A stretch of 64,000 bases of DNA, from assembly GCA_045597865.1 (NCBI GenBank), contig JAZLKX010000052.1, forward strand, positions 96,001 to 160,000, written 5' to 3'. Within the stretch, counting starts at the first letter, position 1. The number at the start of each line of letters is the position of its first letter. A program made the position numbers and the translations under genes. Below the pieces are notes generated by a model, which did not search any database, was not told the DNA's origin, and saw only the letters and a list, made by a program, of their open reading frames with translations. The DNA comes from Bacilli bacterium (GTDB lineage: Bacteria; Bacillota_I; Bacilli_A; RFN20; CAG-826). Shown here one piece after another: positions 27,300 to 36,349 of the stretch.

Positions 27300-30200
27300 A
27301 TGAAAAAGTTATTGACACTTTTACTTTGCTTATTGGCTTTTGCATCGGCTGCAGATGTAAAACCATTCTATTACGATTATGTTGAACCTGATTCTGCTTC
27401 GCAGCAAGCAGAATTTGATTACATGCTCAAGTACAAGCTATTTGGGCATGATTACCTGACAATGGGAACTCGTGTAATCATTCCTGATAAATCTGGTTGG
27501 AATGGTTCATCGGTTATTGTTTCTGCAGGTGACCAACTTCAGCTTGGCGGTCCGATTCTTTCGCCTTCACCAATTGAGATGGGTAATGAATGTAAAGCAT
27601 TGACTGGTCCTATTGTTGCTGAAGCACTCAGAACAGGTAATGATAATGGAAATTCAATCTTCAGTGGAATTATTTGCTTGGCAGATACAAATGTTTCTAA
27701 TGAAGCAAGAAAAGGTATTACTCGTGGCGAAGGTATATTGACGAATACTTGTGATAGCTTACCAAAGCCACCTGTGAATTTGTCTATTCCGTCCATTCCT
27801 TGGCCTGATGTAATGACGCACGAAGACATCGTTATCAATGCAAATGGTAGTGAGGCTGCAAGCGCTGTTTATATTGATGTGCCAGATGGTGACTCAAAAG
27901 AACCTTATGACATTTACATCAATACGATTGACGCCAACAAGACAAGCAGCAAAGATAGCGCAAAGATTTACTTCCGTATGCAAGACGGCGGTAGACTTGT
28001 TCGTATCTTCGTTCATAACTTGCTAATTGGCAACCATACAACTATTCGGACCGTTTACAAAACAGAAGACGGCGATGAAGTTCAAACACAAAGTCAATAC
28101 CGTGGAAATGTTCTGTTCTATTCTGATAATGACATTACATTTACCAACACTGATAATGTTCCAATCCAAGGTACATTCATTTCTTTGAAAAAGATTGAAC
28201 TTAATTGTAACCTTGATTTTGCTGGGCAGTTGCTTGCTAATGAATTAAAGATTGGCAATGACTTTAAGGGTGAGAATTTCAAGTTCGTTCCGTTTGATAC
28301 ACCTATCGTTGACATTGACCCAGAGCTGAATAAGAATGGCGGTCTTCGTGAAAATGATAGCACAGTCGTTATTCCTATTAAGTTAAGCGATACTGCGACG
28401 GTTGATGTTTATTTCAGTTATTGCTTTGAACTGAATGAAACAGTTGATACGTCAGACTTTAATCTTGAAGGTCTTGAGTTCCCTGTCTGTGGAAAGGACA
28501 CAGGCGCGGTTGTTATTAAGACAGGCGAAAAATGGCCAGCTGACCCAATTCAAGTTAATGTAAAGAAAGATACATTGGTTGAACTTTCTGATACTTTGGT
28601 TGTTCGTATTAAGATTGAGAGCGGCGCAGTTCTACCGAATAATAAAACAGATGGTGTCTTGAAGATTGCTATCATTGATGCTGAATATAAAAATCAGCCA
28701 CCTGTTTTAGACAAGTCACAAAAGATTGACCCTTACGAAGAAGAACAGCTAATTCCGCCTTGTACTGGCGAAATTGGTAAGATTACTGTAAAGGACGAAA
28801 GACCAAATGATCTAAAGTTTGAACTTACCGATCCTTCTGGTTTATTCAAGATTGATAACACAGGCATGATTACAACTGGACATGTGTTTGATTATGAAAC
28901 TGAAGATACTGTTTATGTTGTACAGGTAAAAGTAACTGACAAAGAAGGACTTGCTGACAGCGCTAACTACGAAATCAAAATTAAGAATAAAGATGAAGAC
29001 ATTGCAGCATCTGCTGATATTAAGCCAGTATATGAAGGACCTGCAGATTCTATCGTAGGTGGAATTGTTGGCACGGTAACTGGTAAAGATGGCGATAGTA
29101 CTGTAGTTTCATATACAATGAATGATCCAACTGGTTCATTCGTAATTGACCCTGCTACAGGTGTTATTACCATTGCTAAAGAGCTTGATTACGAAAAGAC
29201 AAACAAATATCCAGTAACTGTTTCAATGACATCTACAGACGGTTCTAAGAAGGATACGAGCTTTGTTATTTCTGTTCTGAATGTAAATGAACCTGTACAC
29301 ATCAAAGATACAACCTTTACAGTTGACGAAAATAAGAAAGGAGTTATTGGCAAGGTTGAGGCTTGGGATGAAGATAATGACAAGATTTACTATACTTTAT
29401 CTGACACAACAAACTATTCTATCTCTGATGGAAAACTAACGTTGAAGAACCCATTTGATTATGAAACTACAAAGGCTGATACTTTATGGGTATATGTTGA
29501 AGACGGCAATAATATGAAAGATTCTGCAAAGGTTATTATCAACGTGAATAACCTAAATGAACCGCTTCATATTGATAGTGTCAAGACAAGTGTTGATGAA
29601 AACACGCCAAAGGGTACCGTTCTTGATACCATTCATGGATATGACGAAGACGGCGACACGATTACATATACTCCGATTGGAACCGACATTACAATCAAGG
29701 ATAGCGTCATCTATCTAAATCGTGATGTTGATTACGAAAAGGACAGCGTCATTCAGGTTAAAGTTATTGCGGCCACCAAAAATGACAAGGACACTATCAC
29801 CGTCACGGTCAAGGTGAATAATGTAAACGAACCTGTTCATGTGAAGGACACTACATTGACTGTGCCTGAAAACAAAACAGGTCCAATTGGTAAAGTTGAA
29901 GCATGGGACGAAGACAATGATAAAATTAGTTATAGGGTTTCTGATAGTACAAAGTATTCTATTGACGATAATGGTGTTATCTCAGTAAAGGTGTCATTTG
30001 ACTTTGAAAAACAGAAGAATGATAGCCTAATCGTTTATGTAACTGATGGAGTTCTTAAGGATTCTGCTGTAATTCATATCAATGTTAAAGATGAACCTGA
30101 ATCATCAAATGTCCAAATCGTTCATGTAGATACACGTGATTCTGTTTACACTGAAACAGATAAGCCAATCTATACGAATGATAAGGACATTGAAATCACT

Positions 30201-31967
30201 TACAAGACTGATGACAAGCATAAAGACACAACTATCACTGGACTAAAGGAAGGTGAGAACAAGATTGAAATCTGTGATGTTGGCGTTGGCAAAGACACCA
30301 AAGGATGTGATACCGTAACCGTTTGGTATTCAAACAAGACACCTATCATCACGGTCGCTACCATTGATAAGAATAAGACTAATGTGAATAACATTACTAT
30401 TATTGATGAACCTGATGGCAACCAGTATGTCAATAATAAGAACCCTGAAATCAAGGTAACTGTTAAGGATCCTACACCTGGTGGTAAGAAAGATACGACA
30501 TTTACTATTAATGTAAATTTAAAAACTGTTGATGTTCCAGTAAAGGCATTAACATCAAAACAGATAGGTTTTGCTAATCCTACTTATGATGCGAAGTACG
30601 AAGTAATTGGCAAAGATTCAGTTCGTGTCTCTTACTATGACCCTAATGCTAAGGCAACAATAAGCTATATCGTCAATGAAAAAGAAGAACTAATAAATGA
30701 TGAATTTACGGTTTCATTTGTTGAAAATGTAAATGGTCAAGATGTTGTAATTTCATACACAACCAATAATGATATTTATGTAGATAAGTATAATATATCT
30801 TATTCAGTTCCACAAGGAAAGGACACTATTACCGTTTCATATCAAGTTGATTCTGATGGTAATATCCAGAAGACAAATGGAAATGTAGGCTACACAATTA
30901 GCTACTCATATACCAATGAATATGGCAATACTGGTAAATCTGAAATTCAGATTGTTCTTGATGATGTTCCGCCTAAGGTTGAAATCTATAAGCTTATTGC
31001 TGGTAAAGATACGCTATATCCTTCCGGCGATAATAAATGGACTGAATACTTAACAACAAGTTCATTGGTTGTATTCTGGACAGTAGACGGCGTTGACCAA
31101 GATACATTAAATCTTCAAGGTCTAAAAGCAGAAAAGCTAAATCCTGTTGTTAGATGCTATCAAGACAAGGCAAATAATCAGACATGCGATACTGTAATGG
31201 TTTATGCTAAGTCCGTTAAAGATATTGAAATCAAGATAGCTCATCCAGTAACTGAAATTGACAAGGATAGAGTTGATTCCTTCTATAATGAAGGTGGCAA
31301 ATATAATCCTAAGAAACCAATTCAGATTATTGCTCAAGATGCTTCCGAAGATAAACTTCCTGAACCTATCGGCGTTGGAATTAAGATTGGACTTGCATTG
31401 CCTATCCTGAACCAAAACGGTGGTATGCCTACAGGCGATGATATAGTTCAGACTGTTGATGGCGTAACTGGTGTTGTAATTGATGGCAATGGCAATGTAG
31501 TTACTGATGCTATTGCAGAAATTCGTGATAAGAATACTAAGATCATTTCCATTGACAATTATGTTGAGAACTACTGTGCTGATGAATACAAAGCAGAAGT
31601 AAGAAAGCGTGGTATTGAACAAGTGCCGTTCTATGATATGAAATACTCAATGCATGTATGGATCTTCAATAACAACGCTGAGTACGTAAATGACTTCAAC
31701 TTTGAATATACCATTGATGAAAATCAGAAGGTTGATGCTTCAGGTATGCTTAACTTGATGGTTGACTGGTTAGCAGCTAAGGACGGATATGTCAAAGCAA
31801 AGAATGGCAAAAATATAGCAACTTCAGCTTATCTAACTAAACTTGAAGCTAAATCAATTTCTACTGCTAGATGCACGCTTAATACAGATACTAAGAAAGG
31901 TACGAAGATTAAGAAAACTGAATATGACTTGACTAGCTTTGGATATAAGAGACCTAAAAAGAAATAA
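27300..31967 (+). CDS. secreted cadherin-repeat/Ig-like surface protein (bacterial type)
   Basis: Signal peptide MKKLLTLLLCLLAFASA; five cadherin-like repeats (xDYE/FDFE, NxNEP, AxDxD); C-terminal FGYKRP. Confidence 0.85.
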   Translation: MKKLLTLLLCLLAFASAADVKPFYYDYVEPDSASQQAEFDYMLKYKLFGHDYLTMGTRVIIPDKSGWNGSSVIVSAGDQLQLGGPILSPSPIEMGNECKALTGPIVAEALRTGNDNGNSIFSGIICLADTNVSNEARKGITRGEGILTNTCDSLPKPPVNLSIPSIPWPDVMTHEDIVINANGSEAASAVYIDVPDGDSKEPYDIYINTIDANKTSSKDSAKIYFRMQDGGRLVRIFVHNLLIGNHTTIRTVYKTEDGDEVQTQSQYRGNVLFYSDNDITFTNTDNVPIQGTFISLKKIELNCNLDFAGQLLANELKIGNDFKGENFKFVPFDTPIVDIDPELNKNGGLRENDSTVVIPIKLSDTATVDVYFSYCFELNETVDTSDFNLEGLEFPVCGKDTGAVVIKTGEKWPADPIQVNVKKDTLVELSDTLVVRIKIESGAVLPNNKTDGVLKIAIIDAEYKNQPPVLDKSQKIDPYEEEQLIPPCTGEIGKITVKDERPNDLKFELTDPSGLFKIDNTGMITTGHVFDYETEDTVYVVQVKVTDKEGLADSANYEIKIKNKDEDIAASADIKPVYEGPADSIVGGIVGTVTGKDGDSTVVSYTMNDPTGSFVIDPATGVITIAKELDYEKTNKYPVTVSMTSTDGSKKDTSFVISVLNVNEPVHIKDTTFTVDENKKGVIGKVEAWDEDNDKIYYTLSDTTNYSISDGKLTLKNPFDYETTKADTLWVYVEDGNNMKDSAKVIINVNNLNEPLHIDSVKTSVDENTPKGTVLDTIHGYDEDGDTITYTPIGTDITIKDSVIYLNRDVDYEKDSVIQVKVIAATKNDKDTITVTVKVNNVNEPVHVKDTTLTVPENKTGPIGKVEAWDEDNDKISYRVSDSTKYSIDDNGVISVKVSFDFEKQKNDSLIVYVTDGVLKDSAVIHINVKDEPESSNVQIVHVDTRDSVYTETDKPIYTNDKDIEITYKTDDKHKDTTITGLKEGENKIEICDVGVGKDTKGCDTVTVWYSNKTPIITVATIDKNKTNVNNITIIDEPDGNQYVNNKNPEIKVTVKDPTPGGKKDTTFTINVNLKTVDVPVKALTSKQIGFANPTYDAKYEVIGKDSVRVSYYDPNAKATISYIVNEKEELINDEFTVSFVENVNGQDVVISYTTNNDIYVDKYNISYSVPQGKDTITVSYQVDSDGNIQKTNGNVGYTISYSYTNEYGNTGKSEIQIVLDDVPPKVEIYKLIAGKDTLYPSGDNKWTEYLTTSSLVVFWTVDGVDQDTLNLQGLKAEKLNPVVRCYQDKANNQTCDTVMVYAKSVKDIEIKIAHPVTEIDKDRVDSFYNEGGKYNPKKPIQIIAQDASEDKLPEPIGVGIKIGLALPILNQNGGMPTGDDIVQTVDGVTGVVIDGNGNVVTDAIAEIRDKNTKIISIDNYVENYCADEYKAEVRKRGIEQVPFYDMKYSMHVWIFNNNAEYVNDFNFEYTIDENQKVDASGMLNLMVDWLAAKDGYVKAKNGKNIATSAYLTKLEAKSISTARCTLNTDTKKGTKIKKTEYDLTSFGYKRPKKK

Positions 31968-31989
31968 CAAGACATAACATTTTAAGAAG

Positions 31990-32032
31990 AATTTCGCCTA
32001 TTTCAAAAATGGGCGAAATTTTTTTTATATTT
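31990..32032 (+). terminator. terminator plus TTATATTT motif
   Basis: AATTTCGCCTA/TGGGCGAAATT stem, T-run. Confidence 0.75.
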
Positions 32033-32061
32033 GATTTTGAATTTTTAAAGGAGAAAACTAA

Positions 32062-32199
32062 ATGCAAACTAATTGGGATTTAGTTAAAGCTAATCTTCTC
32101 AGCGTCATTAAAGAAGATGTAAAATATCTTGGTGAAGCAATGGCGCTTGAAGAAGCAATTACTGAACTGATTGAAAAACACAGAAGAGGAATCAAATGA
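32062..32199 (+). CDS. small hypothetical protein (45 aa, not in ORF track)
   Basis: AGGAG RBS; MQTNWDLVK...RGIK; ATGA overlap with dUTPase. Confidence 0.6.
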   Translation: MQTNWDLVKANLLSVIKEDVKYLGEAMALEEAITELIEKHRRGIK

Positions 32200-32732
32200 T
32201 TAAATTTCTAAAGACAAATTCATTCGCAGTCAAATCACCTAAAGGTAATCCTGGTAAGGACGCTGGCATTGACTTTTTCGTTCCAGAACTTACACCTGAA
32301 TTTCAGGCAGTATTGAAATCTGAAAACCCATCCGCACAGATTAGCGTTGATGAAAAGACAGGTGAAGGCTCAATCGTTTTGGCACCTCGTTCTGATATCT
32401 TGATTAACTCTGGCATCTATACACGCTTTGACAAGAACATCGCATTCATCGGTTTCAATAAGTCCGGTATCGCTACAAAGAAGAAGCTTGTCGTGGGTGC
32501 ATGCGTTGATGATACTTCTTACGAAGGCTTGCTTCACTTGCATGTAATCAATACATCTGACAAGGAACAGGCAATTAAGTTTGGCGAAAAGCTTGTTCAG
32601 TTCGTTCCAGTGCTAATTGACTGTTCTGGCTTTGAAGTCGCACATGAAGATGAAGTATCGCTTGAAGAATTTTTCAAGGATCACAATACTGATCGTGGGT
32701 CGGCTGGGTTTGGGTCCACAGGACTGAAGTAA
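32196..32732 (+). CDS. dut: trimeric dUTPase
   Basis: DAGIDF, KSG, VDD.SYEG, LVQ, RGSAGFGSTG. Confidence 0.92.
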   Translation: MIKFLKTNSFAVKSPKGNPGKDAGIDFFVPELTPEFQAVLKSENPSAQISVDEKTGEGSIVLAPRSDILINSGIYTRFDKNIAFIGFNKSGIATKKKLVVGACVDDTSYEGLLHLHVINTSDKEQAIKFGEKLVQFVPVLIDCSGFEVAHEDEVSLEEFFKDHNTDRGSAGFGSTGLK

Positions 32733-32751
32733 TTCACTAACATACATCTTC

Positions 32752-32803
32752 GGAAAAGTTTTGCCCATTTTTTTAAATGGGCATTTTTATTTTTATATTT
32801 GAT
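32752..32803 (+). promoter_or_regulatory. terminator/promoter cassette, near-duplicate of 56712-56765
   Basis: GGAAAAGTTTTGCCCA...AAATGGGCA.TTTTATTTTTATATTT present at both sites. Confidence 0.7.
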
Positions 32804-32846
32804 ACTGTAAAACAATTAAACAAAAATAAACAGGAGAAAAACGCTT

Positions 32847-33611
32847 ATGATTAAGCAAATGAACTATGATCCCAAGTATATCAGCCTTATGACTGAACTT
32901 GCAGCAATTAACCCTCAGCTTATCTTCAAGAAGACTGAGGAAGAAACCGTTTCCGTTAAGGCTATTGAAGGTACAGATAAGTCTGTTTGCTTCTTCCTTG
33001 ATGCACCTGCCAGTGCATTTGACTTTGCAAGCGAAAGCCTTGCTGTTATTGACTTCAAGCGTCTCGTCAGCTACTTCAATACATTCAACAAGGATTCCAA
33101 GGACGAGTCAAAGGCCGATGCTCCGGTTCTTTCTGTTGAATACTCTGATGATGAAGCATCAGAAGCAATTACAATGCACATCAAGTCCAAGCAGGTTAAG
33201 GCTGCTTTCAAGCACCGTTTGGCAAATGAAGATGTGATTGTCAAGCCTAACTTCAACAAGGTTAAGTTCCCGTCCGTTGATGCTAAGTTCACACTTACTC
33301 AGGATCAGATTGCAGATCTCAACAAGATGCTTTCTTTGACTGGTGCTGACCGTATTAAGTGGGCATTCTCTGGTTCCGTTTGTACCGTTACTTTGTTCAA
33401 TACAAGAACTAATGATACATTTGAAAACGCATACGTTCTCAACGAATCTGTTGAAAACGACTTTGACTTCACCACTCTTTCTAAGGGTTTCACCCTTTTG
33501 CCGAAGGGCTCTTACAACTTGGAAGTGTCCAAGGGTGGTATCATGAGCTTCAAGCAGGACCGCGATGACGCTCTTGACTTGATCCTCTATATCGCAAAGA
33601 CTGGTAAGTAA
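32847..33611 (+). CDS. 45: sliding clamp (T4 gp45-like)
   Basis: LAAINPQLIF N-terminus, AVIDF..L, LLPKGSYNLEVS, YIA C-terminus. Confidence 0.8.
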   Translation: MIKQMNYDPKYISLMTELAAINPQLIFKKTEEETVSVKAIEGTDKSVCFFLDAPASAFDFASESLAVIDFKRLVSYFNTFNKDSKDESKADAPVLSVEYSDDEASEAITMHIKSKQVKAAFKHRLANEDVIVKPNFNKVKFPSVDAKFTLTQDQIADLNKMLSLTGADRIKWAFSGSVCTVTLFNTRTNDTFENAYVLNESVENDFDFTTLSKGFTLLPKGSYNLEVSKGGIMSFKQDRDDALDLILYIAKTGK

Positions 33612-33635
33612 TCAGTTTTAGGTTAGGAGAACCGT

Positions 33636-33664
33636 GTGGGTGAGCGTAAGCTCACCCACTTTTT
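33636..33664 (+). terminator. intrinsic terminator
   Basis: GTGGGTGAGC-GTAA-GCTCACCCAC TTTTT. Confidence 0.85.
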
Positions 33665-33687
33665 GTTTTTTATGGAAGGATATAGAA

Positions 33688-34383
33688 ATGAAAACTGAAA
33701 TTATAGAAATGATTTGGAACATGCTTGCGCCTGATTGGATGAAAGATGATCCAAGCCTTAGAATGCGGTATTTTAAGTGCGAAGAACAACTCGATATGTT
33801 TAATTTTAGCGCAGCAAAAAAGACATTGAAGGCGTATAAACAGGCAAGCAAAAAACGTTTAAAGCGGTATATCGCAGAACACCCTGAATGCGTTATAACT
33901 GATTATTACGTCCTGTCATCAAACACGATTATTTCAGTTCAGCCAGATATACTTTGCTTCAGAGATGAAGCAATGAAATGCTTTGAAGATTTCAATACAA
34001 TCTATGCTTTCAAGGAACATATATCAGATCCATTCATATTCCTACTAGAGGCTGCTTTTAATGTTTGTTCAGGGTCAGCGATAGCGTTTTCACTTACAGC
34101 TAGTGTAGACTTTAATACACAACAGCAATTAAGGCTATATGCTGGGTGTAAAGAAATGCAACTATACAATGAATACTTTTTGAAACATAAGCATGCACCG
34201 TCTGAGTTAATCGTTCACAAATACAATACATCGCATAGCTTGTTTAACATATCAGACGAGCAATATGAAATGTGGTTTGCTGAAATGACGATATGCGTAC
34301 AGGAGTATTTCAAGAAAAAAGCAAAAACGATAACTAGGTATAGTATAGAACACGAAACTGATGGTCTAAACATTAAAGATTAA
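33688..34383 (+). CDS. hypothetical protein
   Basis: AAGGA RBS before ATG 33688. Confidence 0.65.
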   Translation: MKTEIIEMIWNMLAPDWMKDDPSLRMRYFKCEEQLDMFNFSAAKKTLKAYKQASKKRLKRYIAEHPECVITDYYVLSSNTIISVQPDILCFRDEAMKCFEDFNTIYAFKEHISDPFIFLLEAAFNVCSGSAIAFSLTASVDFNTQQQLRLYAGCKEMQLYNEYFLKHKHAPSELIVHKYNTSHSLFNISDEQYEMWFAEMTICVQEYFKKKAKTITRYSIEHETDGLNIKD

Positions 34384-34391
34384 ATTTTATC

Positions 34392-34428
34392 GCCAGGGGT
34401 TTACAGCCTCTGGCTTTTTTGTTATTTT
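34392..34428 (+). promoter_or_regulatory. terminator hairpin carrying a -35 box; promoter
   Basis: GCCAGGGG-TTTACAG-CCTCTGGC; TTTACA-17 bp-TATTTT. Confidence 0.7.
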
Positions 34429-34434
34429 ATAATC

Positions 34435-34707
34435 ATGAGCTTGCATACCGATTTACTTGCTAACAAAATACCAATAAAGATAGCACAACAAATTTTTAGC
34501 CATGATAAAATTCTAAGGGCGTATGATTGGGCAAGGTTGCAGGATGTCAGCATTGAAGTTCTTGTAGCTCTATGTCAAGCAGAAAGATTTAATGAAGACG
34601 AGGTTGAAAAACTGATTATTGATTATGTAAAACGCATAAAAGAAAAAGAAGCACTTATGAACACGATTAAACACGAGGGTGAAAATCTTGGGTTACTGGA
34701 ACATTAA
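34435..34707 (+). CDS. hypothetical protein (possibly leaderless)
   Basis: ATG 6 nt after the -10 box, no RBS. Confidence 0.6.
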   Translation: MSLHTDLLANKIPIKIAQQIFSHDKILRAYDWARLQDVSIEVLVALCQAERFNEDEVEKLIIDYVKRIKEKEALMNTIKHEGENLGLLEH

Positions 34708-34963
34708 CATTAACATTAGCGACGAGGCAACATTTCGTGTTGCATGTAAGTATGCAAATACTCGCGAAGCAAAATGTACATTCTATGGCGCTGAATTTTC
34801 ATGCGCCTTTTTAAGAATTCATAAGATTCGTTCTTTCGCCCATTTATGTGAATTTTTGCCTGATGTAGTTAAGAATCATCGTCATGCACAACTTCAGAAA
34901 CAAAAACAAAAAATCGCTGCTGAAAGCGAAATTGATTTGTCGCTGTTTGAAAGAACTAAATAA
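34679..34963 (+). CDS. hypothetical protein
   Basis: ORF; GTG start uncertain. Confidence 0.5.
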   Translation: MKILGYWNININISDEATFRVACKYANTREAKCTFYGAEFSCAFLRIHKIRSFAHLCEFLPDVVKNHRHAQLQKQKQKIAAESEIDLSLFERTK

Positions 34964-35129
34964 TTTTTAGCCAGTTTTAAGATGCACAGAGGCTTAAAAA
35001 TTTTTATCTGATAAATTATATTACTTGTAGCAAAACGCCTTTAAACATCATTTAAACATCAACATACTCTTACGGAAAAATAACTTATGCAAATGAAACT
35101 GATGAAAACTAAATTATATTTGAACAAAA

Positions 35130-35425
35130 TGAAAACCTATTGCTGGCTCGGAGCTCAATCCAATGAGTTATCGGATAAGCTTAGGTCGCAGCAGTAAGAG
35201 GCGATACTGCAATTTAATGCGAATGCCAACGAAGGTAAGCCTAGCCCGCTTACCACTTAGCCGTCACACGCATTGTGAAATGTAGCCGGAGTACAGGGTG
35301 ACCGTCCCGTAAGTTCACATATAAGTCGGATTACTAATGTCATACGGTTCACCAGTCAAAACAAAGAATGGTGTAACTGGAGATTAGTAGGTCTGGATAG
35401 GCTTACTTGTCTCCGGTTACCATAT
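35130..35425 (+). ncRNA. candidate structured non-coding RNA (~290 nt), class unknown
   Basis: GC-richer non-coding stretch after a TTATATTT promoter motif; at least six stems, several with G-U pairs on the + strand. Confidence 0.55.
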
Positions 35426-35451
35426 CAAACAAAGAATAAGGAATTGAGGAA

Positions 35452-35880
35452 ATGAGTTTTTCAATTTTTAAAGTTTTAATTGAAACTTCCACAGGTATTG
35501 AGTTTAGGAATTTCTTTGAATTTGGCCAATGGCCGGTCATTGAGAAAGAACTGAAAAAGGTTCGCACTAAGTATAAAAGAATCGCAAAGCAAAAAGATAT
35601 AGATTTGCTAAATCGTGCTTGGAAAGATGACTTTTATCAGCAATATACGACAGGCACACTCGTGGACTTTGAAAGAGTTCCTTTCCAAGCCATTGAGGAA
35701 GCGTTGATAAATAAATGTCGGTACTACTTCTGGAGCAAATGCGAATATGAAGTAGTTGTGCAGGGTTGGCCAAATGAAAAGATTGAAAAGAAAATTGATG
35801 TGTTTGACCAACTTAAAGCAAACTGGCAAGTTTTTGTAACATTGGTATTTAAAGAATTAAGAATAAAGAGAAAGCTATGA
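35452..35880 (+). CDS. hypothetical protein
   Basis: GAGG RBS; YYFWSKCEYE..WP..KIDV motif. Confidence 0.7.
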   Translation: MSFSIFKVLIETSTGIEFRNFFEFGQWPVIEKELKKVRTKYKRIAKQKDIDLLNRAWKDDFYQQYTTGTLVDFERVPFQAIEEALINKCRYYFWSKCEYEVVVQGWPNEKIEKKIDVFDQLKANWQVFVTLVFKELRIKRKL

Positions 35881-36281
35881 GAAGACTTTTTATTATCCGT
35901 AAGGATTTGAATTTGACAGCTGGCAAGCTTGCCGCTATGGTTGGCCACTGTGCGGAAGCCTATTGGCTTAATCTTGTTAGAACCGGACAACTGATACCAC
36001 AGGATGTTATGGACGGATATGTTAATGACATCTTCACTAAGACGATATGTGAAGCTAAGAACTTAAATCAGCTGATGAAAGCTGCTGACACCGCAAAAGA
36101 GTTTGGCCTTCTTGAAGGCACCGATTTTGGATTCATTGATGATTGCTGTAAGACGGAACTTGAACCTGAGTTCGTTGACGAGAATGGCGTTGGACGAACT
36201 AGAGTAGGTATTTGGTTTAAACCATTGAATGACGAAGTGTCGCATACGATAAGTAAACGATACCAACTTTATAAAGGTTAG
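35877..36281 (+). CDS. peptidyl-tRNA hydrolase Pth2-like
   Basis: IIRKDLNL..GKLAA..GH, TKTI, IDD..KTE, T.VG..P. Confidence 0.8.
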   Translation: MRRLFIIRKDLNLTAGKLAAMVGHCAEAYWLNLVRTGQLIPQDVMDGYVNDIFTKTICEAKNLNQLMKAADTAKEFGLLEGTDFGFIDDCCKTELEPEFVDENGVGRTRVGIWFKPLNDEVSHTISKRYQLYKG

Positions 36282-36349
36282 AAATTATTTTATTCTGGAC
36301 AGTTGTTTTTGTCCAGAATTTTTTTATATTTTATAAAAAGGAAATAACT

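Noticed and set aside
33634-33687. GTG start at 33634
   Set aside because: It overlaps the terminator hairpin; ATG 33688 has an RBS.
35129-35197. 22-aa ORF MKTYCWLG...SQQ as the function of the 35.1-kb gap
   Set aside because: No RBS, and it explains under a quarter of the structured region; a leader peptide cannot be fully excluded.
35130-35425. Group I intron, RNase P or tmRNA identity
   Set aside because: Only fragmentary resemblance; it interrupts no gene and the canonical conserved cores or ends were not found.
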